NCBI GenBank assembly: GCA_965208105.1
Contig: OZ242318.1
Span: 4,352,001 to 4,416,000 of the forward strand
Direction: 5' to 3'
Length of the DNA: 64,000 nt
Source: Candidatus Latescibacterota bacterium
Lineage (GTDB): Bacteria; Latescibacterota; UBA2968; UBA8231
Position numbers and translations under genes: made by a program. Positions 47,118 through 60,356 of this stretch are shown piece by piece (within the stretch, counting starts at the first letter, position 1; each line of letters begins with the position of its first letter). The notes below the pieces were generated by a model. The model worked only from the letters and a program-made list of their open reading frames with translations, ran no database searches and was not told the DNA's origin.

Positions 47118-48038
47118 CTAGAGCAGCCCGGCGTAGATCCGGATCACCTTGTCGAGCAGTTCGAGGGCCGAGCTGCGCTGGCGCTGGAAGGCATTGCGGC
47201 CGATGATGGAGCCGAAGCCGCCCCCGTCGCGGATGCCGCGGATCTCCTCGTAGATCTCCGCTTCGCCCCTGGCGGCGCCTCCTGAAAAGATCACCACGCG
47301 GCGGCCGTCGAAGGCCGACTGCACCACGTGGCCGACGCGGTCGGCCAGGGAATCCAGGGGGACCCGGCTGGCTTCGTAGGCCTTGCGGCTCTCTTCCTGC
47401 TCGACGTGGGCTCCGGGGGGCTTCACCTTGATGAGGTGGGCTCCTGCCTGGGCGGCGATCTGGGCGGCGTAGGCCGACACGTCCACCGCGGTCTCGCCTT
47501 CCTTGCTGATGTCCGAGCCCCGCGGGTATGACCACACGACCACCACCAGGCCGCAGCCCTTGGCTTCTTCGGCCAGTGCCTGCAGGGTTTCGTACATTTC
47601 GGTGCGCAGGGATGACCCGGGGTAGACGGTGAAGCCGATGCCGGCACAGCCCAGGCGCAGGGCCGCTTCAATGGAGCCCGTCAGGGCCTGGGTGGGATCT
47701 TTCTCGGCCCTCAGGTTCTCGCGGTTGTTCACCTTGAGGATCAGGGGCAACTCGCCGGCGTAGTCGCGGGCGCCTGCTTCGAGGAAGCCCAGGGGAGCGG
47801 CGTAGGCGCTGAGGCCGGCCTCGATGGCCAGCTCGAAGTGGTAGTGCGGGTGGTAGGCCGGCGGATTGGGTGCGAAGCTGCGCCCCGGACCATGCTCGAC
47901 CCCCTGGTCGACGGGAAGAATAACCAACTTTCCGGTGCCGCCCAGCTTGCCGTGATTGAGTATGCGCGCCAGGTTTGCAAGAGTGCCGGGATTGTCGCTG
48001 CCGTACCAACTCAGAATCTCGCGTATGCGCTTTTTCAT
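47118..48038 (-). CDS. fbaB: Class I fructose-bisphosphate aldolase
   Basis: GTGKLVILPVDQGVEHGP, WSYPRG, IKVK, FSGG, IIGRN. Confidence 0.95.
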   Translation of the reverse strand: MKKRIREILSWYGSDNPGTLANLARILNHGKLGGTGKLVILPVDQGVEHGPGRSFAPNPPAYHPHYHFELAIEAGLSAYAAPLGFLEAGARDYAGELPLILKVNNRENLRAEKDPTQALTGSIEAALRLGCAGIGFTVYPGSSLRTEMYETLQALAEEAKGCGLVVVVWSYPRGSDISKEGETAVDVSAYAAQIAAQAGAHLIKVKPPGAHVEQEESRKAYEASRVPLDSLADRVGHVVQSAFDGRRVVIFSGGAARGEAEIYEEIRGIRDGGGFGSIIGRNAFQRQRSSALELLDKVIRIYAGLL

Positions 48039-48238
48039 GGAATCGCCTTCCTGTTGTCCATGCCTTCGTTTCTGAAAAAATGATCCAATCCGCCGCTTGG
48101 AGCAAGGACCTCCCATGGGTGCGGGAAGGCCTGGGAGGTGGAAGACCTTCGGACTCCGGGCCCTGACGGGATGGGAACTTTGGTCCGATATTGGAGTATT
48201 GAAAAGTAACGCCAACCTGAACCGGAGAGGGGTAACCA

Positions 48239-49498
48239 ATGGCTGCCACGGAAAAGGAAGTTAACCCGCTGGAGATGGCCCAGCAGCAGTTGGACGATGT
48301 CGCCGACCGCATCAACCTAAACGAGGGTGTGCGCCGCCGCCTGCGCCAGCCCCAGCGCGCCCTCACCGTCTCCATTCCCACCGAAATGGACGACGGCACC
48401 CTCCAGATATTCACCGGTTTCCGGGTGCAGCACAGCCTGCTGCGCGGTCCGACGAAGGGGGGAATCCGCTACCACCCGGAGGTCACCCTGGACGAGGTGA
48501 CGGCCCTGGCCATGTGGATGACCTGGAAGTGCGCCCTGGTGAATATTCCCTACGGCGGCGCCAAGGGAGGGGTGGTCTGCAATCCCAAGGAGATGAGCAT
48601 CAAGGAAGTCGAGCGCCTGACCCGTCGCTTTACGGTGGAATTGATGATCTTCCTGGGCCCCGACAAGGACATTCCGGCTCCCGACGTCAACACCAACGCC
48701 CAGATCATGGCCTGGATGCTGGACACCTACAGCATGAACGTGGGCCACTCGGTTCCCAGCGTGGTAACGGGCAAACCCCTGGTGGTCGGCGGTTCGCGCG
48801 GCCGCGAGGAAGCCACGAGCCGGGGCTGCGTCTGCACCGTGATGGAGGCCCTCAAGCACCTGGGGATGTCCGTCGAGGGAGTGCGGGTTGCGGTGCAGGG
48901 TTTCGGCAACGTGGGACGCACCGCGGCGCGGCTGCTTCAGGATGCGGGGGCCACGGTCGTGGCGGTCAGCGACTCCCGGGGAGGAATCCACCGGGACCGG
49001 GGCCTGGACATCAGGGGAGTTCAGGAGCACAAGCGCGAAGCGGGACAGGTGGGGGGATTCCCCGGGGCCGACCCGGTGAGCAACGAGGAGTTGCTGGAGC
49101 TGGGCTGCGACGTTCTGATTCCGGCGGCTCTCGGCAACCAGATCACCGAGGCCAACGCCGGCCGCATCAGGGCGAGGATCGTCGCCGAAGGTGCCAATGG
49201 GCCAACCACCCCCGGCGCCGACCGCATCCTTGGAGAGCGCGATATCTTTCTCCTTCCCGACATCCTGGCGAATGCGGGGGGCGTGACTGTCTCCTACTTC
49301 GAGTGGGTACAGGGCCTCATGCAGTTTTTCTGGAGCGAGGAGGAGGTCAACGAGCAGCTCTACCGGATCATGGGCCAGGCATTCCGGGACGTCCTCCAGG
49401 TGGCGCAGGCGGAGAACCTGTACATGCGCACCGCGGCTCAGATTCTGGCGGTGAAGCGGGTGGCGCAGGCGGAGGAGGTGAGGGGCAAGTATCCGTAG
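48239..49498 (+). CDS. gdhA: Glu/Leu/Phe/Val dehydrogenase (glutamate dehydrogenase)
   Basis: GPTKGGIRYH, YGGAKGG, PAPDV, QGFGNVG, EGANGP. Confidence 0.95.
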   Translation: MAATEKEVNPLEMAQQQLDDVADRINLNEGVRRRLRQPQRALTVSIPTEMDDGTLQIFTGFRVQHSLLRGPTKGGIRYHPEVTLDEVTALAMWMTWKCALVNIPYGGAKGGVVCNPKEMSIKEVERLTRRFTVELMIFLGPDKDIPAPDVNTNAQIMAWMLDTYSMNVGHSVPSVVTGKPLVVGGSRGREEATSRGCVCTVMEALKHLGMSVEGVRVAVQGFGNVGRTAARLLQDAGATVVAVSDSRGGIHRDRGLDIRGVQEHKREAGQVGGFPGADPVSNEELLELGCDVLIPAALGNQITEANAGRIRARIVAEGANGPTTPGADRILGERDIFLLPDILANAGGVTVSYFEWVQGLMQFFWSEEEVNEQLYRIMGQAFRDVLQVAQAENLYMRTAAQILAVKRVAQAEEVRGKYP

Positions 49499-49629
49499 GG
49501 AGAGGCCTGGAACCCGCACCGGTAAGGCGGTCCGGGCCCCGGCTCCGCTGCGTCCTCCGGCTTTACTCAATCGGTGGATTGCTCCATATTTATACTGTCC
49601 ATGCCAACCGTCCCTCCGTCGAGCCCCAT

Positions 49630-50790
49630 ATGATCATCGGCGTTCCCAAAGAGTCTTATCCCGGCGAAAAACGCGTGGCCCTGGTCCCCGACACGCTGCC
49701 GTCCCTGATCTCGAAGGGGGCCTCCGTGCTGGTGGAGCGGGATGCGGGAAAGATGGCCGGTTTCCCCGACGATTCCTACCGGGAAAAGGGGGCTAAAATC
49801 GCCATCTCCCGCGCCGACGTTTTCGCCCGGTCCAATGCGGTCATCCAGGTGCGCAGCCTGGGAGCCAACCCGGAGAGAGGGGAGACCGACCTCGAGATGA
49901 TGCGCCCGGGCATGATCGTCGTCGGCCACTGCGATCCCCTGCGGGCCCTGGAACAGGTGAGTGAGCAGGCCCGGCGCGGCGTGACCCTTTTCGCCCTGGA
50001 GCTCATGCCCCGCATTCCGCGCGCGCAGAGCATGGACGTGCTCTCCTCCATGGCCACCATCGCCGGGTACAAGGCCGTGCTCATTGCCGCCGGCGAGCTG
50101 CCCAAGATGTTCCCTCTGCTCATGACCGCGGCGGGTACGGCGGCACCGGCGCGCCTGTTGGTCATCGGGGCCGGCGTCGCCGGACTGCAGGCCATTGCCA
50201 CCGCCCGCCGGCTCGGCGCGGTGGTGGAGGCCTACGACGTGCGGCCGGTTGCCCGGGAACAGGTGGAGAGTCTCGGCGCCAGGTTCGTGGAGCTGGGGAT
50301 GGAGAGCGAGGAAAGCGAGGACGCCGGAGGCTACGCGGTTGAGAAGGACGACAACTTCTACCGCCGCCAGCAGCAGGCCCTGGGCAAGGTGGTGGGGGAC
50401 AGCGACGTGGTGATCACCACCGCCGCCGTGCCCGGCGGCAGGGCTCCGGTGCTGGTGGGCAAAGAGATGATTGCGGGCATGGCGCCGGGTTCGGTGGTGG
50501 TGGACCTGGCAGCCGAATACGGCGGCAACTGCGAGCTCACCCGGCCGGGCGAAACCGTGGTGGAGTCCGGTGTGCGGATCCTCGGAGCCGTCAACCTGCC
50601 TGCCACCGTGCCCCACCACGCCAGCCAGATGTACGCCCACAATATGTCCACCTTCCTGGGGCACCTGCTCGAAGACGGCCGCCTGCGCATCGACATGGAG
50701 GACGAGATAACCGCCGGAACTCTGGTTGCCCGGGAAGGCAGGATCGTCCACCCGCAGGTGCGCGAGCGCATCGAATCAACGGAGGCGTGA
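49630..50790 (+). CDS. pntAA: NAD(P) transhydrogenase alpha subunit, domain I
   Basis: MIIGVPKE, RAQSMDVLSS, GAGVAGLQA. Confidence 0.95.
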   Translation: MIIGVPKESYPGEKRVALVPDTLPSLISKGASVLVERDAGKMAGFPDDSYREKGAKIAISRADVFARSNAVIQVRSLGANPERGETDLEMMRPGMIVVGHCDPLRALEQVSEQARRGVTLFALELMPRIPRAQSMDVLSSMATIAGYKAVLIAAGELPKMFPLLMTAAGTAAPARLLVIGAGVAGLQAIATARRLGAVVEAYDVRPVAREQVESLGARFVELGMESEESEDAGGYAVEKDDNFYRRQQQALGKVVGDSDVVITTAAVPGGRAPVLVGKEMIAGMAPGSVVVDLAAEYGGNCELTRPGETVVESGVRILGAVNLPATVPHHASQMYAHNMSTFLGHLLEDGRLRIDMEDEITAGTLVAREGRIVHPQVRERIESTEA

Positions 50791-51071
50791 TGGAAACACT
50801 TGTCGCCGGACTGACCATTTTCTTCCTCGCCGTGTTCGTGGGGTTCGAGATCATCACCAAAATCCCGCCCACGCTGCACACTCCCCTCATGTCGGGGTCC
50901 AACGCCATCTCGGGGGTCACCCTGATCGGCGCCCTGCTGGCGGCCGGGTCCCAGAACACCGAGCTCACTACCTGGCTGGGCATCGCCGCGGTGGTTCTGG
51001 CCACCATCAACGTAGTCGGTGGATTTCTGGTTACCCACCGCATGCTGGGGATGTTCAAGAGGCGGAACTGA
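50790..51071 (+). CDS. pntAB: NAD(P) transhydrogenase alpha subunit, membrane part
   Basis: LHTPLMSGSNAISG, INVVGGFLVTHRML. Confidence 0.95.
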   Translation: METLVAGLTIFFLAVFVGFEIITKIPPTLHTPLMSGSNAISGVTLIGALLAAGSQNTELTTWLGIAAVVLATINVVGGFLVTHRMLGMFKRRN

Positions 51072-51076
51072 GACCT

Positions 51077-52477
51077 ATGAGCGCCGTCCTGATCAACGCA
51101 GCCTACCTGCTGGCTTCCGTCCTTTTCATCCTCGGGCTCAAGGGGCTCACCCACCCCCGCACGGCCGTGCGCGGGAACCTCCTTGGCGCCCTGGGGATGC
51201 TGGTCGCGGTGGTGGTCACCCTGCTCGACCGGCAAATCCTCAGCTTCGACATTATCCTCGCCGGGGCTGTGCTCGGCGCGGCCATCGGCGCCCTTCTCGC
51301 CCTGAAGATTCGCATGACCGGCATGCCTCAGCTCGTTGCCCTGTTCAACGGGTTCGGCGGCGGCGCCTCGGTCCTGGTGGCCGCGGCGGCCCTGTCCGAG
51401 AGCAAGGCGGGGGGAGGAAGTGACCCGGTGCAGTTCGCCGTGGCCGTTGCCGCCTCGGGGCTCATCGGCGCCGTCACCTTCTGGGGCAGCCTTCTCGCCT
51501 TCGTCAAACTGCAGGAATGGATGAAGCGCGGCGCATCTCTTCCGGGACTGAACTTCTTCAACGTCCTGCTGTTGCTGGCCTGCCTGGGGGCGGGCGGCTT
51601 GATGGTGTGGGAGGCCGCTCCTTTCGCCCTCCCCGTCGACCCCTTCTGGATCATGATAGTCCTGGCCTCGCTCCTCGGCATCTTGCTGGTGGCGCCCATC
51701 GGCGGGGCCGACATGCCGGTGATCATCGCCTTATTGAACTCCTGCTCGGGATTGGCGGCGTCGGCCACCGGGTTCGTGCTGGGAAACAACGTCCTCATTA
51801 TCGCAGGATCACTGGTGGGAGCTTCGGGCCTCATTCTCACCCGGATCATGTGCCGGGCAATGAACCGCTCTCTGGCCAATGTATTCTTCGGGGGTGTGGG
51901 AGCGGCAAAGCCGGAGGCCGCCGGCGGGGACGAGGTCTACTCCGGCAAGGTCAAGTCCACCTCAGCGGCGGAGCTTGCCTTGCTCTTCGAGGTGGCTCGC
52001 CGCGTGGTGATAGTCCCCGGTTACGGCATGGCGGTAGCCCAGGCCCAGCACGCGGTGCGCGATCTGTTCAGCCTGCTCGAGAGCCGCGGCATCGAGGTCG
52101 AGTTCGCCATACACCCGGTGGCCGGGCGCATGCCGGGGCACATGAACGTACTCCTCGCCGAGGCCGAGGTGCCATACGACAAGCTCAAGGAGATGGACCG
52201 CATTAACCCTTCCTTTGCCCAGAGCGACATGGCACTGGTCATCGGGGCCAACGACGTGGTAAATCCCCTGGCGCGCACCGAGTCCACCGGTCCCATCGCC
52301 GGAATGCCGATTCTGGACGTGGACAAGGCGCGCACGGTGGTGGTGATCAAACGCAGCCTGAGTCCGGGATTCGCGGGGATTGCCAACCCGCTCTTCGCAG
52401 CCGACAACACCCTGATGTATTTCGGCAGTGCCAAGGAAGCGGTCCTCGATCTGGTCAAGGCGTTGAAGGAAGGCTGA
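51077..52477 (+). CDS. pntB: NAD(P) transhydrogenase beta subunit
   Basis: GGADMPVII, PGYGMAVAQAQH, HPVAGRMPGHMNV, GANDVVNP. Confidence 0.96.
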   Translation: MSAVLINAAYLLASVLFILGLKGLTHPRTAVRGNLLGALGMLVAVVVTLLDRQILSFDIILAGAVLGAAIGALLALKIRMTGMPQLVALFNGFGGGASVLVAAAALSESKAGGGSDPVQFAVAVAASGLIGAVTFWGSLLAFVKLQEWMKRGASLPGLNFFNVLLLLACLGAGGLMVWEAAPFALPVDPFWIMIVLASLLGILLVAPIGGADMPVIIALLNSCSGLAASATGFVLGNNVLIIAGSLVGASGLILTRIMCRAMNRSLANVFFGGVGAAKPEAAGGDEVYSGKVKSTSAAELALLFEVARRVVIVPGYGMAVAQAQHAVRDLFSLLESRGIEVEFAIHPVAGRMPGHMNVLLAEAEVPYDKLKEMDRINPSFAQSDMALVIGANDVVNPLARTESTGPIAGMPILDVDKARTVVVIKRSLSPGFAGIANPLFAADNTLMYFGSAKEAVLDLVKALKEG

Positions 52478-52485
52478 TCTTCCTT

Positions 52486-53505
52486 TCAGCCCTGCCGCTG
52501 CCCTTCCTGCCCGCGTGAGTCCACCACCGCTCGAAACGCCTCGATGTGCTCCGGTCCGGTGCCGCAGCACCCACCTACCAGATAGGCGCCTTCCTCCAGC
52601 AGGTCCACCACTCCGCAGCTCATTTCCCGGGGGTTCTGGTCGTAGTAGGTGCGCATGTTGCCGTCGAGGCGGGGGAGCCCCGCGTTGGGATAGGCCATTA
52701 TGGGCTTTGCCGGGATGTTCCTCTCGGCCATGGCCCGGCGCAGTTGCCGGGTGCCGTTCACGGCGTAGGGCATGCCGGTGTGCTCGACGCGCCTGGGTTC
52801 GGCGCCGCAGTTGGTGCCGAGGATGTGGACCCAATCGAGCAGGTCTTCACCCTTTGAAAATTCTCCGGAGCCGAGGATGTCGAGCAGATCCGCGGGCGAA
52901 TGCCCCCAATCGCTGCGGTATACGGTCTCGCCGCTCTTGCGGTCCCGGGTGTACTTGTAGGTCATGTTCACCGCGATGGGCAGTCCGAACCCTCGCAGAA
53001 CCTCGACTGCCAGGGCGGCCTCCTTGGCGGAGAACATGGTTTCCAGGCAAAGGAAGTCCACCCCGCACTCGGCCAGCTGATTCCCCAGCCTCTCGTGGGC
53101 GTCCCTGACGGCGGAGTTGGGAATCCCCATGTCCACGTCTCCGCTGTCCGCTTCGATGGCGCCCGGGGAAGGCCCGATGGACCCGGCGATGTAGGCGTCC
53201 CTTCCACTCCTTTCGACCGCTCTGCGGGCGTGCTCGACCCCGAGCCTGACGATGCGGTCCGCGTCATCTCCGTCCTTCCCGGCCATTTCGAGGTGAAGGG
53301 TGGAGGCCACGAAGGTATTGGTTCCGATGGCATCGGCCCCGGCGTCGAGATAGGCGGAGTGGATTCCGACCACCGCGTCCGGATTCGATTCGTTGGCCAG
53401 GGAGCTGTTGACCAGCTCCACCCCGTGGTGAAACAAGGTGGCGCCGAAGCCTCCGTCGTATATCATGGGAGTGGGATCCTGCAGTCGCTTCAGAAATGGA
53501 GTCAC
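52486..53505 (-). CDS. Homocysteine S-methyltransferase family (stand-alone Hcy-binding domain)
   Basis: DGGFG, GTNC, YPNAGLP, GGCCGT; GTG 53505 preferred over ATG 53559. Confidence 0.88.
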   Translation of the reverse strand: MTPFLKRLQDPTPMIYDGGFGATLFHHGVELVNSSLANESNPDAVVGIHSAYLDAGADAIGTNTFVASTLHLEMAGKDGDDADRIVRLGVEHARRAVERSGRDAYIAGSIGPSPGAIEADSGDVDMGIPNSAVRDAHERLGNQLAECGVDFLCLETMFSAKEAALAVEVLRGFGLPIAVNMTYKYTRDRKSGETVYRSDWGHSPADLLDILGSGEFSKGEDLLDWVHILGTNCGAEPRRVEHTGMPYAVNGTRQLRRAMAERNIPAKPIMAYPNAGLPRLDGNMRTYYDQNPREMSCGVVDLLEEGAYLVGGCCGTGPEHIEAFRAVVDSRGQEGQRQG

Positions 53506-53538
53506 GGGAATTTCTCGTCGCAAAAGGAGGGTGTCATC

Positions 53539-53580
53539 AAGATATCCCCGTGTTGACATGTGTCAATATATCCCTAGCTT
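53539..53580. promoter_or_regulatory. Back-to-back divergent promoters
   Basis: TTGACA-tg-TGTCAA palindrome; + strand TTGACA-N16-TAGCTT, - strand TTGACA-N16-TATCTT. Confidence 0.55.
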
Positions 53581-53632
53581 TTCGATGCCCGATTCGAACC
53601 ACTTGAACCCATCGCGAAAGAGGACGTGAAAC

Positions 53633-54960
<1,328 letters not shown>

Positions 54961-54964
<4 letters not shown>

Positions 54965-55674
54965 TGCCTGCTTGCGCAATTCCGCGTGAATTCGGCCGCC
55001 ATTTTGGACCGGATCTCGGAGATCCAGCCGACCAGTTCCCTGACCTTGCGCGTCAGGGCCTCGAAGTCGCCGGAGGCCGCGATATCAGGCGTGATCAGGG
55101 TGGAGCCGATGCCGACGCAGGCGACGCCGGCCCCGAACCACTCCTCCATGCTCTCGCGGCTGGCGTCCACCCCTCCGGTGGGCATGATGCGGGTCCAGGG
55201 ACAGGGCCCCAGCACCGCCTTGACGAAGGACGGGCCGCCCACCTCCTTCCCTGGAAAAACCTTGACGATCTCCGCACCCAGTTCCTCGGCCCGGGAGATC
55301 TCGCTGACGCTTCCGCACCCCGGGGAGTAGGCGATCTTGCGGCGATTGCAGAGGCGCGCGACCTCGGGATTGAGCAGGGGGCCGACCACGAAGTTGGCGC
55401 CGTTGCCGATGTATAGGGCGGCGGTGGGAGCGTCGACCACGGAGCCGACGCCGAGAATGACGTCGACTTCGTTGGCGATGATATGCTGCATGGCGGCGGC
55501 AAAGACGTGGTGGGCGAGGTCGCCGCGGTTGGTGAACTCCACCACCCGGGCGCCTCCCCTGGCGCAGGCCTCCATGATGGAGATGGCGGTCTCGGCGTCT
55601 TTGTGGTAGAAGACCGGGACCACGCCGATTTCGAGGATGGCGTTGAGGACCGTCATCCTGTCGTACTGGGCCAT
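54961..55674 (-). CDS. eda: KHG/KDPG aldolase
   Basis: EFTNRG, GVGSV, VKVFP, MPTGGV. Confidence 0.9.
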
Positions 55675-55897
55675 GAAATACTCCTCGTTGGGCGACTTGA
55701 GCGTCCTTGTTCCGCACCCAGAATATAGCGGGGCGGGACCGCTCCTGCCAGCCGAGACCACTGCATCTGAAATTTCCGCGCCGGCACCTCGGCGGCCCTC
55801 AGCGGCCACGAGGCGCCTCCAACCTGCCCGGGCGGAATCGCAGCCGGTTGATTCCGCCGCGAAGTGGATATAACTTCATTGCACCGGAGGTGAGCAG

Positions 55898-57136
55898 ATG
55901 GGTGAATTACAGGTAAACGAGGGCTTGCTGGCAGACGTCGCCTACTTTGCCGACGAGAGGCGCCGGCGACGGATGATCGAGTTTTTCGGCTTCGAGCAGC
56001 GCCGCGTCATCTTTGGGGAAGGGGCGCTGCGCACCCTGGGGCAGGAGTGCGCCAGGCTGGGAGCCGGGCGCGTCCTCCTGGTGCGCGATCCAGGGATAGA
56101 AGCATTGGAGAAACCTGTGCGCGAAGCCCTGGGAGGGGTGGAGGTGGTGGGGGTGTACGACGACATCGTGCCCAACCCCACGGTGGCCAGCGTGGAACGC
56201 TTCGCGGCCAGGATGGGGACGGTGGAGTGCGATGCGGTGGTTGCGGTAGGCGGGGGCAGCACCCTGGACACGGTCAAGACCGGGCTGTGCGTGGCCAGCG
56301 CCGGCGTGCCGGTGGCGGATATCCTGGGCATCGATCTGGTGCCGGGGCCTACGCGCTGGCCCCTGGTCGCCGTGCCAACCACGGCCGGAACCGGAAGCGA
56401 GGTCAGCCGCGGAGCAGTGGTGGCGGACGAGGACGGCAAGAAGGGGCTCATCAGCGATTACATGTGGCCCAAGGTGGCCGTAGTGGACCCGCGAATGAGC
56501 GGCGGCATGCCTCCCGGCCTGACCGCCACCACGGGGCTCGACGCCCTCGGTCATGCCCTTGAATGCATGGCCTCCAAGCTGACCAACCCCATCGGCGACG
56601 CCGTCGCCCGCGAGGCGCTGCAGGCCGGTTGTCCCGCGATCATCCGGGCGATCGAGCAGGGTGCCGCGGATCCCGAGGCGCGCCGCCGGATGGCGCGCTG
56701 CAGCCTGCTGGGCGGTCTGCTCCTCAGTCACATCAATACGGGTGCCGCCCACGCCCTGGGCTACGGCATCGAGAAGTTGTCGGCAGCCGCCGGCCGGCCC
56801 GTGCCCCACGGCACGGCCGTGGCCCTGATGCTTCCGGGGGTGATCCGCCACAATATGCCCGCGGTGGCGGACAAGTACTACTACGCGGCCGGGGTGGCGG
56901 GCCTGGACTTGGCGGGCAGGAGCCTCGAGGAGGGCGTGGGGATGGCGGCCCGCTGGGTAGACGACCTCAGGCGCGCTCACACTCCCTTCGGTTCCCTGCG
57001 GGATGCGGGCCTGGGGGAGGACCACATTCCACAAATGGTGGAAGTCGGGCTGTCGGTGCGCCGCCTCATGGACCAGAACCCGGTGGAAGTGAGCGCCGAG
57101 GATGCGGCGGCCATCTACCGCGGGGTGCTGCGCTGA
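55898..57136 (+). CDS. Iron-containing alcohol dehydrogenase
   Basis: GGGSTLD, PTTAGTGSE, DALGHALE, AHALG, PHG. Confidence 0.92.
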   Translation: MGELQVNEGLLADVAYFADERRRRRMIEFFGFEQRRVIFGEGALRTLGQECARLGAGRVLLVRDPGIEALEKPVREALGGVEVVGVYDDIVPNPTVASVERFAARMGTVECDAVVAVGGGSTLDTVKTGLCVASAGVPVADILGIDLVPGPTRWPLVAVPTTAGTGSEVSRGAVVADEDGKKGLISDYMWPKVAVVDPRMSGGMPPGLTATTGLDALGHALECMASKLTNPIGDAVAREALQAGCPAIIRAIEQGAADPEARRRMARCSLLGGLLLSHINTGAAHALGYGIEKLSAAAGRPVPHGTAVALMLPGVIRHNMPAVADKYYYAAGVAGLDLAGRSLEEGVGMAARWVDDLRRAHTPFGSLRDAGLGEDHIPQMVEVGLSVRRLMDQNPVEVSAEDAAAIYRGVLR

Positions 57137-57195
57137 AGAGCGGCGGGCCCCGAGACCAGCCTGCCAAACGAATCGCATACCGAAAGGAGTCGACC

Positions 57196-58533
<1,338 letters not shown>

Positions 58534-58600
58534 CAGCCCGGATGGACTTTTTCAACGGGCTGCTGGACCGGGAATGGCCGCAGGAAAGGGAGAGGTGGAA

Positions 58601-59005
58601 ATGGGGGACAAGGTAGTCAAAAGCGAGGAGGAGTGGCGCCGGCAACTCACCCAGGAGCAGTACGAGGTTGCGCGGCGGAAGGGGACCGAACGGGCCTTTT
58701 CCGGCAAGTACTTCAACTTCAAAGGGAACGGCATCTACAAGTGCGTCTGCTGCGGCAGCGAGTTGTTCAGCTCCCGGACCAAGTACGATTCGGGAACGGG
58801 CTGGCCCAGTTTCTGGGAGCCGATTGCCGCCGAAAGGGTGCGGGAAGAGGAAGACAGGAGCTACGGGATGGTGCGGGTGGAGGTGGTGTGCAGCCGATGC
58901 GACGCGCACCTGGGGCACGTCTTTCCCGACGGACCCCAGCCCACGGGGCAGCGCTATTGCATGAACTCGGCGGCTCTGAGCTTCGATTCCGGTGAAGGAA
59001 GCTGA
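58601..59005 (+). CDS. msrB: Peptide methionine sulfoxide reductase MsrB
   Basis: [29 protein letters not shown]. Confidence 0.96.
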   Translation: MGDKVVKSEEEWRRQLTQEQYEVARRKGTERAFSGKYFNFKGNGIYKCVCCGSELFSSRTKYDSGTGWPSFWEPIAAERVREEEDRSYGMVRVEVVCSRCDAHLGHVFPDGPQPTGQRYCMNSAALSFDSGEGS

Positions 59006-59013
59006 ATCCCGGT

Positions 59014-59036
59014 TCCGGGAGGCCGGAACTCCCGGA
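59014..59036. terminator. Hairpin between convergent msrB and aminotransferase genes
   Basis: tccgggag-N7-ctcccgga; no clear U-tract. Confidence 0.3.
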
Positions 59037-59206
59037 CCACAACTCATATAGGAGCCTTCCCCATTCCGGTCTCTTCTCATTCCACCTTCACATGGATGGT
59101 CTGATCGCGACGGTGGAGCCATCCGGGACCGCCGCGAACACGGCGGCGTGCTCGCTTAAATCCCTGAGGGCAGCCATCGTCCCCTCGATACCCGGGCTTT
59201 CCCGGC

Positions 59207-60340
59207 TCAGGCGCGTTTCAGCGCATCTCCCAGGGCATCCAGGAGATTTTCGACGTCGTCCATGGTATTGTAGCCGTGGATCGCCACCCGCAGCCGGCCT
59301 GCATGGCTCATGATGTGGACGTTGCGCTGGTGCAGGATGCGGTTGATGTGTTCGGCCTTCGGGTGGCGGAAGGAGACGATCCCGGCCAGCTCGCCCCCTT
59401 CGTCGGGGGTGATCAGCTCCACCGGCAGCTTCTCGAGGCCCTCCAGGCACGCCCGCACCAGGGGATCGGCGTGGCCGGCGATGGCCTCCACTCCCACCGA
59501 GTCGATATAGCCCAGTGCGGCATTCACCGCGTAGACCGCGGAGTAGTTGGGCATTCCCACGCTGAAGCTGTCGGCGCCCGGCTTGCTTACGGCGCGCTCG
59601 AAGCGGTCTTCGCGCAGGAAGGGTTCCTCCAGGTTGAACCAGCCTCCCGCGGGCACGGTCCACTCCGCCGTTCGCCTCCGGGGCACCCCGACGAGGCCGC
59701 CGCCGTGGGTGGCGAGAATCCACTTGTGGGTGGAGCTGACGATCAGGTCGGCCCCCTCCAGGTTCAGCGGAACCCTTCCCAGGGCCTGGGTCACGTCCAC
59801 GGCGACCAGGGCAGGAGAGTGGCGCCTTGTCGCTTCCACCACGGCCTCCAGCGGCACCTTGAAGCCGTTGAAGAAGCTGACCAGGGAAACGGCGAGGAGG
59901 CGGGTCCTGGGGCTCAGCAACGGCTGCAGGTCGTCGACCCGCAAGGCCCCCTGTCGGGCTCGCCACACCTTGACCGCGGCCGCGCAGCTGGGTTGCAGCC
60001 ACGGGGTGGCGCCGGCGGGAAAGTCCAGATCGGTGATGATCACCTCGTCTCCAGGGCGCAGCTGGAGGGCGAGGGCGGCCAGGTTGTAGGCTTCGGAGGA
60101 GCACGAGCAGAGACCGATTTCCTCCGGCTTCAGGCCCAGGGCGCGCCCCGCCCGCATGCGCAGGGAGCGGCGCCGGGCATCGTGCAGCGGGCGCCCGTCC
60201 ATGCCGAGCAATTTGTCCTTGCCGTACTGGGCAAGGGCATCCAGGACCACCTGGGGCGGAATGCCTTCGGCGGCGGTATTCAGGTAGGCCTGGCTCTCCA
60301 GGGACGGAAAGTCCCTCCTCCTCGATGCCTGGTCCAGCAC
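59207..60340 (-). CDS. Class V aminotransferase / cysteine desulfurase-like PLP enzyme
   Basis: YLNTAAEG, DVTQALG, SSTHKW, LRVAIHGYN. Confidence 0.9.
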   Translation of the reverse strand: MLDQASRRRDFPSLESQAYLNTAAEGIPPQVVLDALAQYGKDKLLGMDGRPLHDARRRSLRMRAGRALGLKPEEIGLCSCSSEAYNLAALALQLRPGDEVIITDLDFPAGATPWLQPSCAAAVKVWRARQGALRVDDLQPLLSPRTRLLAVSLVSFFNGFKVPLEAVVEATRRHSPALVAVDVTQALGRVPLNLEGADLIVSSTHKWILATHGGGLVGVPRRRTAEWTVPAGGWFNLEEPFLREDRFERAVSKPGADSFSVGMPNYSAVYAVNAALGYIDSVGVEAIAGHADPLVRACLEGLEKLPVELITPDEGGELAGIVSFRHPKAEHINRILHQRNVHIMSHAGRLRVAIHGYNTMDDVENLLDALGDALKRA

Positions 60341-60356
60341 AGTCCGTTCCTTTCCT

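Noticed and set aside
48514-49629. Apparent long N-terminal extension of pntAA (similarly pntB from 50726 and the aminotransferase from 56563)
   Set aside because: Off-frame overlap with upstream genes; family starts are at 49630, 51077 and 57196
49630-52477. Three-gene transhydrogenase as unusual
   Set aside because: Split alpha subunit is a well-known arrangement
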